A stretch of 64,000 nt of DNA from positions 1-64,000 of IMG/VR virus record IMGVR_UViG_3300020048_000119. The stretch is one strand, 5' to 3'. Below the pieces are notes generated by a model. The model was not told the origin of the DNA, did not search any database, and was given only the letters and a program-made list of their open reading frames with translations. The translations under genes were made by a program, and so were the position numbers. The DNA is from an uncultured virus (IMG/VR IMGVR_UViG_3300020048_000119). Lineage: Duplodnaviria; Heunggongvirae; Uroviricota; Caudoviricetes. This document shows positions 21,393 to 31,365 of this stretch, one piece after another (positions within the stretch are counted from its first letter, which is position 1; the number at the start of each line of letters is the position of its first letter).

Positions 21393-22226
21393 TTAAGCGG
21401 TTACGGTATATACGATAGTTCCGGTGTAAGGTGTATAGCCGGCTTTCGAAGCTCTTACAGAAACTACGAAGCTGCCAATAGGCCAACCAACGGTTGTGAC
21501 TGGTGTTGCATACTCGACCCAGTCGAATGTGCCAGGGAGTTTGTACTCCATGACTGCTCCGCTTGTTGCGCAGGTAAGTGTCATTGTAGCTTCGCCAGCA
21601 AGAGACAGAGTGCCTGCTACTGGATCAGATACGATGGCTGCAACTTTGTTAACAGCGTCAACGTTTGGTGAGTTAAACCAACCGGTGATTGTTGCTGGAG
21701 CTACGTTGACATCGTCTGTATCAATTGCAACACGCCACTCATTATCCGATTGTCTCTTCAGGAAGTTCCCGGAAATGGTTGGTGTATTCCAGTTGATGGA
21801 ATCAGCCTTTGTCTGGTTGTTATCATCAGGCGCAGTGAATTTTCCTTTGAGGTACCAGATGTATCTAGAAGCTCCATTGGACTTCTTTACTGCCATTCCT
21901 ATGGCGACATACGGAGGTACGTCCTCAGAGGAGTGATGAAGGATACCAGAATCTTCATCATATGTTGCACCCAGTAACTCAGCTCTCTGAGCAGCTGGAA
22001 GGTCTGCAACATTCAGTTCTAAGCCCATAGCACCCAGCGTTGAGGCTGTATCGTATGGGCCATCATCAGCAAAGATCGTGTCGTTCGATGCATTGGGGGT
22101 GAAATTAGCTGTGATTGCTCCAGAGAGTCTTACTGGAGTATCATAGCTATTCACTTCGCCGACTTCATCGGTAATCATGATAGCGTATACTAGGTTAGTT
22201 AAACCTACAGGAATACTTCTTGACAT
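21393..22226 (-). CDS. Major tail protein (phi13 family) with a C-terminal Ig/Fn3-like extension
   Basis: GLTNLVYA...FADDG...PPYVAIG...WYLKGKF motifs. Confidence 0.88.
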   Translation of the reverse strand: MSRSIPVGLTNLVYAIMITDEVGEVNSYDTPVRLSGAITANFTPNASNDTIFADDGPYDTASTLGAMGLELNVADLPAAQRAELLGATYDEDSGILHHSSEDVPPYVAIGMAVKKSNGASRYIWYLKGKFTAPDDNNQTKADSINWNTPTISGNFLKRQSDNEWRVAIDTDDVNVAPATITGWFNSPNVDAVNKVAAIVSDPVAGTLSLAGEATMTLTCATSGAVMEYKLPGTFDWVEYATPVTTVGWPIGSFVVSVRASKAGYTPYTGTIVYTVTA

Positions 22227-22241
22227 GTTATGTCCTCCTTT

Positions 22242-22628
22242 TTAATTTAATCTTTTTGATATAACTACAGCTAGGAAGTAAAAGAATCTTCTTCCTTGCT
22301 GATCAGTTTGTTCCCAGATTGGTGTGCCCCGTAGTTCCACAACTACTTCGTCTCCAGCGGCTAGCTGTATACACCCGGTTTCATCGTAAAGATGCGTGTA
22401 ACATGTTCTGGCTAATGATTCAGCAGCAGAAGATGTCAATGCACGTACGGTAACCTTAATGTTGTGTAACTCGGCGTCTATCTGTGGAAACACGTGCCCA
22501 CCCATAGATACTTCCTGTACTAGGACATTGTTTTCCTGATCATCAGGCATTTCGTTATAGTATACGTTAGTGCCTGCTGGAACATGTGATCTTAAATAAG
22601 TTGTTATACTACTTAATAGGTTTGCCAT
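22242..22628 (-). CDS. Tail terminator protein
   Basis: Position and size; MPD...VTVR...DQQGR pattern. Confidence 0.6.
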   Translation of the reverse strand: MANLLSSITTYLRSHVPAGTNVYYNEMPDDQENNVLVQEVSMGGHVFPQIDAELHNIKVTVRALTSSAAESLARTCYTHLYDETGCIQLAAGDEVVVELRGTPIWEQTDQQGRRFFYFLAVVISKRLN

Positions 22629-22926
22629 TTAGCAGTGCACCCACCTTTCTATAAATTTCTGGCTGAAGATCGTCTTGTATTTGTTGCATGATATCTTCTG
22701 TTGCTTGATCTATAATTTCATAGTCATTCTGCTGTGACCCAAGCACTATATTTATAGTAGACTCAGACAACACCGGTATGGCTTCAACCTCATCAAAAGA
22801 CATAAAAGCTGGCTTGATATTTTTTAGCGTTTTGGCTAGTGCCTCCTGCTCTATTTGTTTAATTGACTTTACAGCTTTGTCTAAGGACTTATTAAAACCT
22901 TTAGTGTTAGCAGAAAACTTAATCAT
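22609..22926 (-). CDS. Neck/tail completion protein
   Basis: Position in the neck module only. Confidence 0.45.
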   Translation of the reverse strand: MIKFSANTKGFNKSLDKAVKSIKQIEQEALAKTLKNIKPAFMSFDEVEAIPVLSESTINIVLGSQQNDYEIIDQATEDIMQQIQDDLQPEIYRKVGALLNGKPIK

Positions 22927-23237
22927 AGGTACACCACCTGTATGCTCAATGATTTAGAAGAACCATCATAGAATTTAGATATTTTCCGTACCACACAGAG
23001 TCGATCTTCAAATAATATTCGATCACTCTCCACCAGTAATATCTCTTCTGAAAAATATAGCTGCGTTCTAGAGACATAGTCGTTTCCATTTTTATCTACT
23101 ATGTTTTGCACTTCAGTGACTACATAGCATGTTGCATCAATTACTGTCTCAGGACCACTATCGCCGTTAGGAAGTGTACTGCCATACTTGTGTATTTCTA
23201 CTGGATTGTACGCCCAGTCCTTTAAGCAATTATACAT
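22923..23237 (-). CDS. Head closure (stopper) protein
   Basis: Beta-rich, IVDKNG..VS..QLYF....DRI pattern; position. Confidence 0.6.
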   Translation of the reverse strand: MYNCLKDWAYNPVEIHKYGSTLPNGDSGPETVIDATCYVVTEVQNIVDKNGNDYVSRTQLYFSEEILLVESDRILFEDRLCVVRKISKFYDGSSKSLSIQVVYL

Positions 23238-23592
23238 TTTCCATCATCCCCTTCTCAAAAACCAGTTCATCAGCATACGCAGGGAGAGGTGGTGTGCCTG
23301 CATAATTTCGCATGCGCTCATAATAGTCAGCTCTCTGTGCATAGTACTTTAGACGTTCTGTAATTGTTTCTTCTTGGGGACCAAGTTTGCGTCGCGTAGG
23401 TTGTGTAGCAAACCAACTAGCACACTGCCTAAAGGCAACTGCTAACTGTTTACTGAGTGTAGCATACTCACTTATAATCCAGTCAAGTTCAGCATCTGAT
23501 AAAATCGGCTTTGAAGCGTCTGTATCCATAGTTTCAAATCTTATTCTATCTCTATCTGAACCAGTAGGACTACCTGAATACGTAAAACTCAT
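23230..23592 (-). CDS. Head-tail adaptor protein
   Basis: MSFTYSG.P...DRIRF...DTD....LSDAE motif; position after the capsid gene. Confidence 0.7.
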   Translation of the reverse strand: MSFTYSGSPTGSDRDRIRFETMDTDASKPILSDAELDWIISEYATLSKQLAVAFRQCASWFATQPTRRKLGPQEETITERLKYYAQRADYYERMRNYAGTPPLPAYADELVFEKGMMENV

Positions 23593-23602
23593 ACTGCATC
23601 AC

Positions 23603-23971
23603 CTACTCTTCGTCTTTTTTGACTTTTAATTTGAATTTTTTAGGTTCCTCGACTTTTTCGACTTCGTCTTCAGTTTCAGCTTCTTTTTCTTTTTCAGCCT
23701 CATCTTCATTTTTAACTTCAGTCGTGGTCTCAGGTTCCTGTTTATTATCATCCTCAGTATTAACCACAACCAGTGCTGTAGGCACCGTGGCCACTTCTAC
23801 AGCGACTTCTGGTACCTCAGCCACTGGTATAGATGCAGAGGAGACTGCCGGAATTATCAACCCTTCAGACTGGCGTAACCTTGGAGAACGAATTTCATTT
23901 CCTTCAACAACATCACCCTTTCTTAAAAGATTGCCGTACGACCTAAATGGACGTAAGACAAGATACTTCAT
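23603..23971 (-). CDS. Capsid-adjacent protein with an acidic low-complexity tail
   Basis: RBS AAAGGAGGTGA. Starts YLVLRPF...KGDVV and ends in an E/K-rich tail. Confidence 0.6.
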   Translation of the reverse strand: MKYLVLRPFRSYGNLLRKGDVVEGNEIRSPRLRQSEGLIIPAVSSASIPVAEVPEVAVEVATVPTALVVVNTEDDNKQEPETTTEVKNEDEAEKEKEAETEDEVEKVEEPKKFKLKVKKDEE

Positions 23972-23987
23972 TTAGGATCACCTCCTT

Positions 23988-24980
23988 TTAGACTAGAGAC
24001 GTGAAGAATACTCCCATGTCAGCGCATATCTTTTTCATGTCATATGCCATTTCCATTTCAAGTCTTTCAGTACCTAGTCCTAACTGGTCCATCTTGATTC
24101 TTACAAGTCTGGAACCCCAAGCACTTGCGCCTTCGAGTCCAGTCCATGCAAAGATGTATCCTGCAGTAGGTTCTTTCAGGGAAGGTCTCTTTGCTCTGTA
24201 GCCTAACAGCATCTGTCCTGAGTAGATGAAATCTACATCAGCAAGAGTGTCGTCGAAAGCTGCAGTGGTAGGACCGGAGTTTACAACACCCCATGGGATG
24301 AAGATATCATCAACTTCGAAGAGTGCAGCGATCAGTTCGATCGTGATGACGCCCTTCTGGGTGTATTTGATTCTGTCCATAATGTCGCCATGGTTTTTCA
24401 ACGCATAGAATACATCAGGTGCCATGATGATGAAGTTTGGTTTCTTGCCAGTAGTACGTGCAAACTGCAACATTGCAGCATTGATGTCTTCTACTGGAGT
24501 AGATGTATCGAGGTTCCACTTCTTAACCTGATCAGTAGTAGGTGTACCACTAACGCCGGTAATGTCTCTGCCCCAAATCGTTGTTCCGAAGAACTTTGTC
24601 TGGAAGTCAACTTCTCTTTTAAGAAGCATCTTCTCTGCCAGCCAGTTAGTTGTGTCGGTATCTACATTGATTGGCTGGTCATAGTTGACTTTTTCTTCCT
24701 GAGTGATGTCATAATGGAAGGCGTACTTTTTGCAGTGGTACGGAGCTTCTTCTTTGACATGCCAGTTACCACCAGCGGACTCTGCTCCACGTCCACGCTC
24801 AACTACTTCATTTCTGAAGGAGTCAGCTTTACTGTATGAGAAGTATACGTCTGACTGCTTGGTTACTGAAATCATTGGGAACACTTTGTCTGCGATAAAC
24901 GCGTCTGCTCCCTGCATGTAAGCCACTGATATGTTTGTTAGAGCACGATCTATGTGTCCTAAATTTGTCATTTCAGGCAT
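23988..24980 (-). CDS. Major capsid protein
   Basis: 330 aa; D..LTNISVAY....FIADKVFP and KPN.IIM motifs; position after the scaffold and decoration genes. Confidence 0.9.
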   Translation of the reverse strand: MPEMTNLGHIDRALTNISVAYMQGADAFIADKVFPMISVTKQSDVYFSYSKADSFRNEVVERGRGAESAGGNWHVKEEAPYHCKKYAFHYDITQEEKVNYDQPINVDTDTTNWLAEKMLLKREVDFQTKFFGTTIWGRDITGVSGTPTTDQVKKWNLDTSTPVEDINAAMLQFARTTGKKPNFIIMAPDVFYALKNHGDIMDRIKYTQKGVITIELIAALFEVDDIFIPWGVVNSGPTTAAFDDTLADVDFIYSGQMLLGYRAKRPSLKEPTAGYIFAWTGLEGASAWGSRLVRIKMDQLGLGTERLEMEMAYDMKKICADMGVFFTSLV

Positions 24981-25002
24981 TTGTTATTTCCTCCTTTTCC
25001 TA

Positions 25003-25374
25003 TTAATACATGAATAGTGTAAACGTTTCATAGATGCCGTTTGCCGGAGCAGCAGCAGCAGAAAGCGCTTTACCAATAACTGTGGTTGCTCCTGGACCTG
25101 TGACAGCGACCATAAGAACGCCGGCTGTAGCGGATACAGAAATATCGTCGCCGACTTCAATAGCTTCAGTAGCTATTGCAGGGAAGATACCCTTAACTAC
25201 TGTTACCATGTCGTCTTCGGCTTCTGCACCATACTGTACTTGACCAACATACTGGCCGGCTTGTGTTGCTTTGGCAATTTTGCCATCGGCGTCGATTTCT
25301 GCTGCATAGTACTGTTTAAGTTCCTCAGCAGCATACCAGGCTAATCTTGTGCTTGGGGATTCGATTGCTGACAT
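25003..25374 (-). CDS. Head decoration/cement protein
   Basis: Small Ala/Gly-rich beta protein (AI.VGD.I....G...VIGKALSAA) just before the MCP. Confidence 0.7.
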   Translation of the reverse strand: MSAIESPSTRLAWYAAEELKQYYAAEIDADGKIAKATQAGQYVGQVQYGAEAEDDMVTVVKGIFPAIATEAIEVGDDISVSATAGVLMVAVTGPGATTVIGKALSAAAAPANGIYETFTLFMY

Positions 25375-26151
25375 TTAGTTTACCTCCTCTTTCGTATATT
25401 CGGCGTACAGTTCAGGCTTATCTTTCATAACCTGAGTGAAGGCCTGCTCGTATGTAAGTGACTTGTTTACTTCCTGCAGTTCTTTTGCAGCTTTTTCAAG
25501 CTTACTAAATGCACCGCCGATAGTACTCTCAGCACCTTTTGTTCCTGTCATTCCTTTATTGAGTACAGTAGCTTCGATAGCTACGGCAGCCTTTTTAAGG
25601 ACTTCAAAAACAGCAGGTGAAGCAGACTTAAGGATACCTTTGAGTTCAGTTTCATCGCATGGGATAGCTTTGAGTTCTTCAAACCTAGTTTTTGCGATTG
25701 CATCTGCTTCTCTTTCGACAAGCTCAGCATTTTGCTGCCGCACTTTTGCGATCATCTCCTGAAGTGCTGGAGGTGCGCTCTTAAGAATTTCTTCTTCAGT
25801 AGCTTCACTCTTTGCTTTTTCGATTTCGCTTACTTTGTTTGTCAGCGCTTCATTGTCTTCTTTTGCTTTAGCCAGCTCTTCATCTTTTAGCTTTAGCTCA
25901 TCTTCTTTTGCACACACTTTTTCATTGGCTGATTTTTCAATCTCATCGACATGTGCTTTAAGAACGTCAGCTTCTTCAGGCTTAAGCATAGCGACTAATT
26001 CTTCATAAGTTTTTGGCATGTTACTTTGCTCCTTTCCTTTGTTTAATAATATGTGAGCTTTAGAGTTAGAACCTTCTTTAACAAGGTCAACTCGATTAAG
26101 CTCTAAATCTACGAGATACGTCTCGAGACTTCCGGTATAAAATCCACCCAT
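25375..26151 (-). CDS. Capsid scaffold protein (possible internal start at 26019)
   Basis: E/K coiled coil with C-terminal TYEQAF...KPELYAEY. Confidence 0.75.
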   Translation of the reverse strand: MGGFYTGSLETYLVDLELNRVDLVKEGSNSKAHILLNKGKEQSNMPKTYEELVAMLKPEEADVLKAHVDEIEKSANEKVCAKEDELKLKDEELAKAKEDNEALTNKVSEIEKAKSEATEEEILKSAPPALQEMIAKVRQQNAELVEREADAIAKTRFEELKAIPCDETELKGILKSASPAVFEVLKKAAVAIEATVLNKGMTGTKGAESTIGGAFSKLEKAAKELQEVNKSLTYEQAFTQVMKDKPELYAEYTKEEVN

Positions 26152-26163
26152 CAGTTCTACCTC

Positions 26164-26203
26164 CTATTATATAATACGTATAAAGCAGACATTCAGTACT
26201 AGC
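26164..26203 (-). promoter_or_regulatory. Putative late promoter
   Basis: GCTAGTAC-N16-ACGTATTATATAATAG, the same motif and spacing as at 32261-32300. Confidence 0.65.
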
Positions 26204-26234
26204 TTGATACGCATCATTGAAAATTTTCCTGGGG

Positions 26235-26801
26235 TTAATAACCGCCTGCCGGTATGCGTCTGCCTACACCTTGGATTGAGAACATATTATATGTCCCATC
26301 TTTAACCATTTTGTAGACTGCAGGATCCGGAATATAAAACCCAATAAACCAACCTTCAGGAACAATACCTTCTGGAATACCTAAAATGTTCATTTTTTCT
26401 TTTGTGAAGACCATACTCTCTACAAGCCAGCCACACTCAGTATCCCATTCGTGATTTTGTCCTGCCATGCCAAAGTTGAGCACGTAATTATATGCTGCTT
26501 CCTCCAGCTCTTCAGGTGGAATTACGTCGCCTTGCCAATCAAGTGGGGGTGTACCATCTACTTGTAATGCGACATTTGCCCAGCCAAATACCAGCTGTTG
26601 CTCTTCATCGTCAGACTTGTATCTCCCAAAATTAGCCATCACAGTATCATATGCAGGATCATCGCCCCACTTACGTTGTCTACTTACACTTTTATTAAGC
26701 GATAGCTTCATGCCCAGTAGATCCTGTAAAGGGTCTTTATAGATGCCTTTGAACACAGGCTCTACTGCTACAGGTCTGAATAAAAATTGTTTATCCGCCA
26801 T
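26235..26801 (-). CDS. XkdF-like putative prohead protease
   Basis: LVFGWA...DWQGDVI...LEEAAY.Y...H...LVES...P.GWFIG...VKDG....FSIQG pattern. Confidence 0.8.
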   Translation of the reverse strand: MADKQFLFRPVAVEPVFKGIYKDPLQDLLGMKLSLNKSVSRQRKWGDDPAYDTVMANFGRYKSDDEEQQLVFGWANVALQVDGTPPLDWQGDVIPPEELEEAAYNYVLNFGMAGQNHEWDTECGWLVESMVFTKEKMNILGIPEGIVPEGWFIGFYIPDPAVYKMVKDGTYNMFSIQGVGRRIPAGGY

Positions 26802-27096
26802 GTACAAGACCTCCTTTAGTTGCAGGACAATTCGCTTTGCATTCTTTACGAGAAATCTTAATCTCCTCGATTACCTGCTTGTCGAAATCCTGATTTAGTT
26901 CAACTTCAATCAGTCTATCATTGAAGTTGTTATGCTTTTTTACGTCTTCTTTTAGACCTTTTACTGCTTCTTCAACAGTACTGAAACGGAGGTCATTATA
27001 CTTCTTGTTTTGTACAATGGAAGCAATGGATAAAACCCCTTGAGCGGCGACTGAGCATACACCGACTACTATAGCTCCAGTTAATGACGGTTCCAT
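26791..27096 (-). CDS. Small membrane-anchored coiled-coil protein (XhlA/holin-associated-like)
   Basis: N-terminal hydrophobic helix, then a coiled coil with L.EDVKKHNN..DR. Confidence 0.5.
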   Translation of the reverse strand: MEPSLTGAIVVGVCSVAAQGVLSIASIVQNKKYNDLRFSTVEEAVKGLKEDVKKHNNFNDRLIEVELNQDFDKQVIEEIKISRKECKANCPATKGGLVHGG

Positions 27097-27106
27097 AGTC
27101 TTCCTC

Positions 27107-27436
27107 CTATTTCTTCAATGCTGCCCAGACTAGTTGCCAAATACTTAGAACTGTCTCGACCAGACTACTAAGCTGCGCTTCAGTAATGTAGATCTTTTTA
27201 CGTACAAGATACGCTGCCATCATCTTCATAACGTAAGCTTTTTTATCTAGTCCACGACCAAGACCTTCATAGATTTTTTCAGCTTCGCGTACGTAGTAAG
27301 AAATTTTTGATTCTACTGTAGCTTCTGCTGTATCGCGCCCATACTTCTTAACAAGAAATACGAACCCAAAAGCAAGAATACCGATAAGCAGCAGACTAAT
27401 TATAATAAACAGAACTGCGAATAATGTGCTATCCAT
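27107..27436 (-). CDS. Putative holin (LL-H-like)
   Basis: One N-terminal TM helix, then V.EAE.....G.G.DKK.YV...I.E.QL..LVE. Confidence 0.6.
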   Translation of the reverse strand: MDSTLFAVLFIIISLLLIGILAFGFVFLVKKYGRDTAEATVESKISYYVREAEKIYEGLGRGLDKKAYVMKMMAAYLVRKKIYITEAQLSSLVETVLSIWQLVWAALKK

Positions 27437-27452
27437 AATCTATCCTCCTTTC

Positions 27453-28895
27453 TTAAGGATTCATTGCTGCATCTGATTGTTTAAGTTCATTTGTTGTTTG
27501 ATCCTGTGGTAGACCACCATTGGGGTCAGTAGGCTTTTTAGAAGCTTCTTTTGCTGCTGCAGCATCCGCAATAAGTTTCAGGTCAGCCTCAGATAGTTCA
27601 GGTCCACTCGCTATACGCATTACAAAGTTAAACAGCTCTGGTGATGATGTCAGGTCGATGTTTACGGCCCGTAAAAGAAGTGCCAACTCTTTTATAGTCG
27701 GTGTTTCAATATCATCAGCAACAATACGAGGCATATCAGAAAGATCAGTTTCACCGTTGTATATTAACAACTGTGGAACAGCTACTTTATTCAGTACTTC
27801 GCAGATAGAGTTAAGTAGTGCTTCAAGCGAGCAAGTAAGAAGTGATTTTTTAGTGTCTGCTAATGCAAAAGAGCCTGTGCCATCTGAACCGATTAATACC
27901 AGATCAGCAAGCATTGTCATAGCTATTCTTGCATCATACCTATGGATGATTTTATCTGTATCGAGGGCATTTGTAGCCGCCGGTGCCAGCAGTTTGAGTT
28001 CCCAACCAAATGGAAGAACTACTCCATGATTTCTATCCTGACGTAAACCACTTACAAGGTTTTGCGCCCATGTACGTAGCGCCACCATATCGGCATTATC
28101 AGGGTCGAATAGGTTAGTATTCTCATCTGGTTGGATAACAGGTATTCCAGCTAATTGACGTTCTACGCCAATACCTTCTAGTTCTTCCATATACTTCTTA
28201 AAGAACCACGAACGATAGGCTCTCCTTAATAAGGAAAAGCCTTCTGGGTTACCTCTATTTGATTTAACTTTGAATAGTAGATTACCAGCTAAAGGTATCT
28301 TAATGGCACCCATGCCGCCTTTGACCTCTGTGTTAGATAAGTCTTGTACAAACTCCATAGCTTCACCAGTTGCTGGATCGAATGTCCATTCTTGCAATGT
28401 TGCTTGGGAACGGATAGGCATTGCCCTCCACCCTATCTTTCCATCAGAATATTTAGAATAAAACTTTTTGTCTTTCTCAAGTGGTCCACGTCTCACTTTA
28501 TACTGTATCTCATGGAAGCTAAAGCCATATGGAAGCATTGATAACACTTCACATATAAAAGAACCCCATGACTCATCCATATCATCCATTGCAGACTGTA
28601 TGAATAAAACACGTTCGTCAGACTTATCTCCCTCTTTGCCATCAGGCAGTGTGCCAGGCACTACATGCCACTTTGCTTTTCGCACAAGTGACTCTATTAA
28701 ATATAGACAGCCACCCACGACAGCATCATTGCTTGACATCTCAAGATACACTTTACCGGCAGCAGGCCACTGTAGTGCAGATAGGAATTCTTCTCTAGTT
28801 CTTCCACTAGAGGCGCTGAGACCTACAAAGCCTACTGATGATGTAGGGGCCTTGCCGGCTGCGGCTTTATTAATCTCGTATCCTAACACTTTCAT
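27453..28895 (-). CDS. Portal protein (DUF935/Mu gp29-like)
   Basis: 480 aa after TerL; MLPYGFSFHEI, NPEG.SLLRRAY..W..K and GSFALA motifs. Confidence 0.9.
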   Translation of the reverse strand: MKVLGYEINKAAAGKAPTSSVGFVGLSASSGRTREEFLSALQWPAAGKVYLEMSSNDAVVGGCLYLIESLVRKAKWHVVPGTLPDGKEGDKSDERVLFIQSAMDDMDESWGSFICEVLSMLPYGFSFHEIQYKVRRGPLEKDKKFYSKYSDGKIGWRAMPIRSQATLQEWTFDPATGEAMEFVQDLSNTEVKGGMGAIKIPLAGNLLFKVKSNRGNPEGFSLLRRAYRSWFFKKYMEELEGIGVERQLAGIPVIQPDENTNLFDPDNADMVALRTWAQNLVSGLRQDRNHGVVLPFGWELKLLAPAATNALDTDKIIHRYDARIAMTMLADLVLIGSDGTGSFALADTKKSLLTCSLEALLNSICEVLNKVAVPQLLIYNGETDLSDMPRIVADDIETPTIKELALLLRAVNIDLTSSPELFNFVMRIASGPELSEADLKLIADAAAAKEASKKPTDPNGGLPQDQTTNELKQSDAAMNP

Positions 28896-28909
28896 ATGCT
28901 AACCTCCCT

Positions 28910-30313
28910 CTAATAATTTGCCATGCTGTTGCTTCTCCAAAAAGACCCTTCACTAGCTGGTACATCTCTGATAGGCTCGGGTGCCTTCGTTATGCTCGTA
29001 GTCGGTCTAAAATGCGTAAAGGCCCCAGAGAAACCGTCGACTATATCGTCTTTTGAATTAGGACTTGGAAAAGCGTTTATTTGTGTGAAGAAGGCAAGCG
29101 TATTCATGCACTTGTCTCCTATAAACACATTGCCGCACTGACACGCTGCAGCTACTGGTCTTGCTCGTTCTATCTTTGACACAACCGGCTTAACACCCAT
29201 TATATCGTACCCTGGGAGTATCTTTCTACAGAAGTTATCTATATTAAACGCTCCAGAGCTTCCACCTTCTTCTTCTATTCTTATTGCACAGCTGTACCCG
29301 TCCTCTATAGCAGTCGCCTTAATAAGCTTCTCTATATCACCTGGTTTCATCTGTACCTTAATAATATTAGTAATGTAGTAGTACCCGTCCTTCATGCCCA
29401 GCTTAAAACCTACTGTCCAGTCAGGCTCTGCTTTGTTGGTGTTCTTCTTCCTATATTTGGGGTCTATGGAGGCTAAGTCCCAGAATCTCACAAACCTACT
29501 GTTTGTAGGGATTGCGCTTTGTGGTATGCTTAGTATCCAGTCCTTATCAAATAGGTCTCCTTTAGGTCTAATCTCCCAGTCGCCATCTTCTAGTTGTGCA
29601 CGCGTTATATCATCCAGCTCAGATAGCGCCTCATGGTATGCCTCAGCGTCTAGATACGGATTATCCTTAAGGCCAGCGCTGATGAATATCCTCTTCTTAT
29701 CTTCGTTCTCCACAAAGAACCTTTGATAGTAATACTCACCAAACTGACCACCAGGGTTAGCTGTTGCCCGCACGCGCAAAGGTACTTCTAATGCTTTCTT
29801 CTTACGAAGTCTGCTGAAGAGGTACCTATACTGTTCAGGCACTATTTGTGTGCATTCGTCAAACCCTATGAACTGAAATTCAGCTCCTTGATACCTTAGA
29901 TGGTCATTGACAGCGTCCAAATACCCGAACGATAGCGTTGCACCACTCTCTAAGAAAGTATACCTGTGGTCTTTATCTCGCCAGACTACCTCTCCACTCT
30001 GTAGGAATGGGTTCAGCCACTCCTGACTCATAGGTATCAGAGCTCCAGGCAACATTAGGTCCGAGAAAGTCTTCCTAAAAAGGATCGCGCTGTAGTTAGG
30101 TATGTCAACATACTGCAGTGCTGCGTTAAGCAGAAAGACCGACTTCCCGCCACCAGCAGCGCCACCATATAGCATCTCTTTGATGCCATTTGTAAGTAAC
30201 GCTGCCGTCTGTTTAGGCGTGGGAGTTACGGGTATATACTTATTCGACCTAGGAGTAAGGCTTTCCTGCAAGGCCCGGAGCCCTTTCTCATCTAAACTAC
30301 TTAAATCTAACAT
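28910..30313 (-). CDS. terL: Terminase large subunit
   Basis: Walker A YGGAAGGGKS, Walker B IGFDE, ATANPGG, and nuclease motifs WDLA and DDIVD. Confidence 0.95.
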   Translation of the reverse strand: MLDLSSLDEKGLRALQESLTPRSNKYIPVTPTPKQTAALLTNGIKEMLYGGAAGGGKSVFLLNAALQYVDIPNYSAILFRKTFSDLMLPGALIPMSQEWLNPFLQSGEVVWRDKDHRYTFLESGATLSFGYLDAVNDHLRYQGAEFQFIGFDECTQIVPEQYRYLFSRLRKKKALEVPLRVRATANPGGQFGEYYYQRFFVENEDKKRIFISAGLKDNPYLDAEAYHEALSELDDITRAQLEDGDWEIRPKGDLFDKDWILSIPQSAIPTNSRFVRFWDLASIDPKYRKKNTNKAEPDWTVGFKLGMKDGYYYITNIIKVQMKPGDIEKLIKATAIEDGYSCAIRIEEEGGSSGAFNIDNFCRKILPGYDIMGVKPVVSKIERARPVAAACQCGNVFIGDKCMNTLAFFTQINAFPSPNSKDDIVDGFSGAFTHFRPTTSITKAPEPIRDVPASEGSFWRSNSMANY

Positions 30314-30338
30314 TGCAGTCTCCTCTACTCAGTTTCTA

Positions 30339-30869
30339 CTAGACGTGGGTACCTTCGATCTTAACACCATTGACATATGCGAATTTGCCGGCCACGATAT
30401 CAGCAGCCACTGCGTCAGCGTCAGCGGTCATAAGTGCGAGTGTCTGTGTACCAGTCACCAACTCACCGTTTACATAAGCAGTTGCCGGGGCTAGAATGTC
30501 CGTAGCAGTTGCGTTTGCACCAGTAGCTGCTGCAAAGTCATATGCACCGGTAATTTTTTCGCCATCAACATAGGCTGTTTCGCCTAGCTTAATGTCTAGT
30601 GCAATAGCTGTTGCGTCTGATGTGTCAAGCGGCACGAGTGTTCCTACTCTACCTACACCCGTTGCATTCGAGAATGTCTTCCCGAGCAATACATCCCCCA
30701 CCACAGCATTACCTGTTGCTGGTGAAGTTGGGTCGTAGGAGTCGAGTGCTACCTTTATCTGACTAAGCAGATATTCATTGAAGTGATGGTCTTCTCTAAA
30801 TTGTTTTGGCAGTGCCAGTCCCAGCTTAGTGAAGATCGCTGCAAATGTGGTCCTTGTGTTTTTACTCAT
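30339..30869 (-). CDS. Protein with fibre-type A.A.DI..G..AYV.G....GT repeats
   Basis: Four copies of the repeat are visible in the translation. Confidence 0.65.
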   Translation of the reverse strand: MSKNTRTTFAAIFTKLGLALPKQFREDHHFNEYLLSQIKVALDSYDPTSPATGNAVVGDVLLGKTFSNATGVGRVGTLVPLDTSDATAIALDIKLGETAYVDGEKITGAYDFAAATGANATATDILAPATAYVNGELVTGTQTLALMTADADAVAADIVAGKFAYVNGVKIEGTHV

Positions 30870-31365
30870 GATCTACTCCTTTACCATATGCCCAGGCAAT
30901 AATTCTTTTGGCTCTATCTACACTGAAGAAGTCCTGGGCTTTAAACCACTCCAGCCAGTCCTTATTCCCCCTGCCTCGATTGCATTTGCGACATGCAGGG
31001 ATTATATTGGATCGAATTGTCTTACCACCTTTGCTTATAGCTATTAGATGGTCTCTGTCCATTTTAGCTGTGCTTGCACGACCCTCTCTAGTACCACAGA
31101 AAGCACAAGAGCCACCAAAATGCAGCATTGCATCTTTCCAATCTTTATACGCATAGTCAGGTACCTCCATGCTTCTTTGTTTCTCTTTAGAGATAAATTT
31201 GCCATGCTTAGCTTTATGCCGCTCTACTGATCTTTTTACGTTAACGCAGGTCTTACACTGATTACCCAGTATGCCTGTGTAACTTGCTCTATAAAACTCT
31301 GTCTCAGGTTTTGTATGACCACATGTTATGCATGTTTTCTCAGGTGGTGTATAGCTCAGTTTCAC
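30862..31365 (-). CDS. HNH endonuclease (terminase-associated)
   Basis: CAFCG...DHLIAISKGG....NIIPACRKCN, plus an N-terminal Zn ribbon. Confidence 0.9.
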   Translation of the reverse strand: MKLSYTPPEKTCITCGHTKPETEFYRASYTGILGNQCKTCVNVKRSVERHKAKHGKFISKEKQRSMEVPDYAYKDWKDAMLHFGGSCAFCGTREGRASTAKMDRDHLIAISKGGKTIRSNIIPACRKCNRGRGNKDWLEWFKAQDFFSVDRAKRIIAWAYGKGVDHE

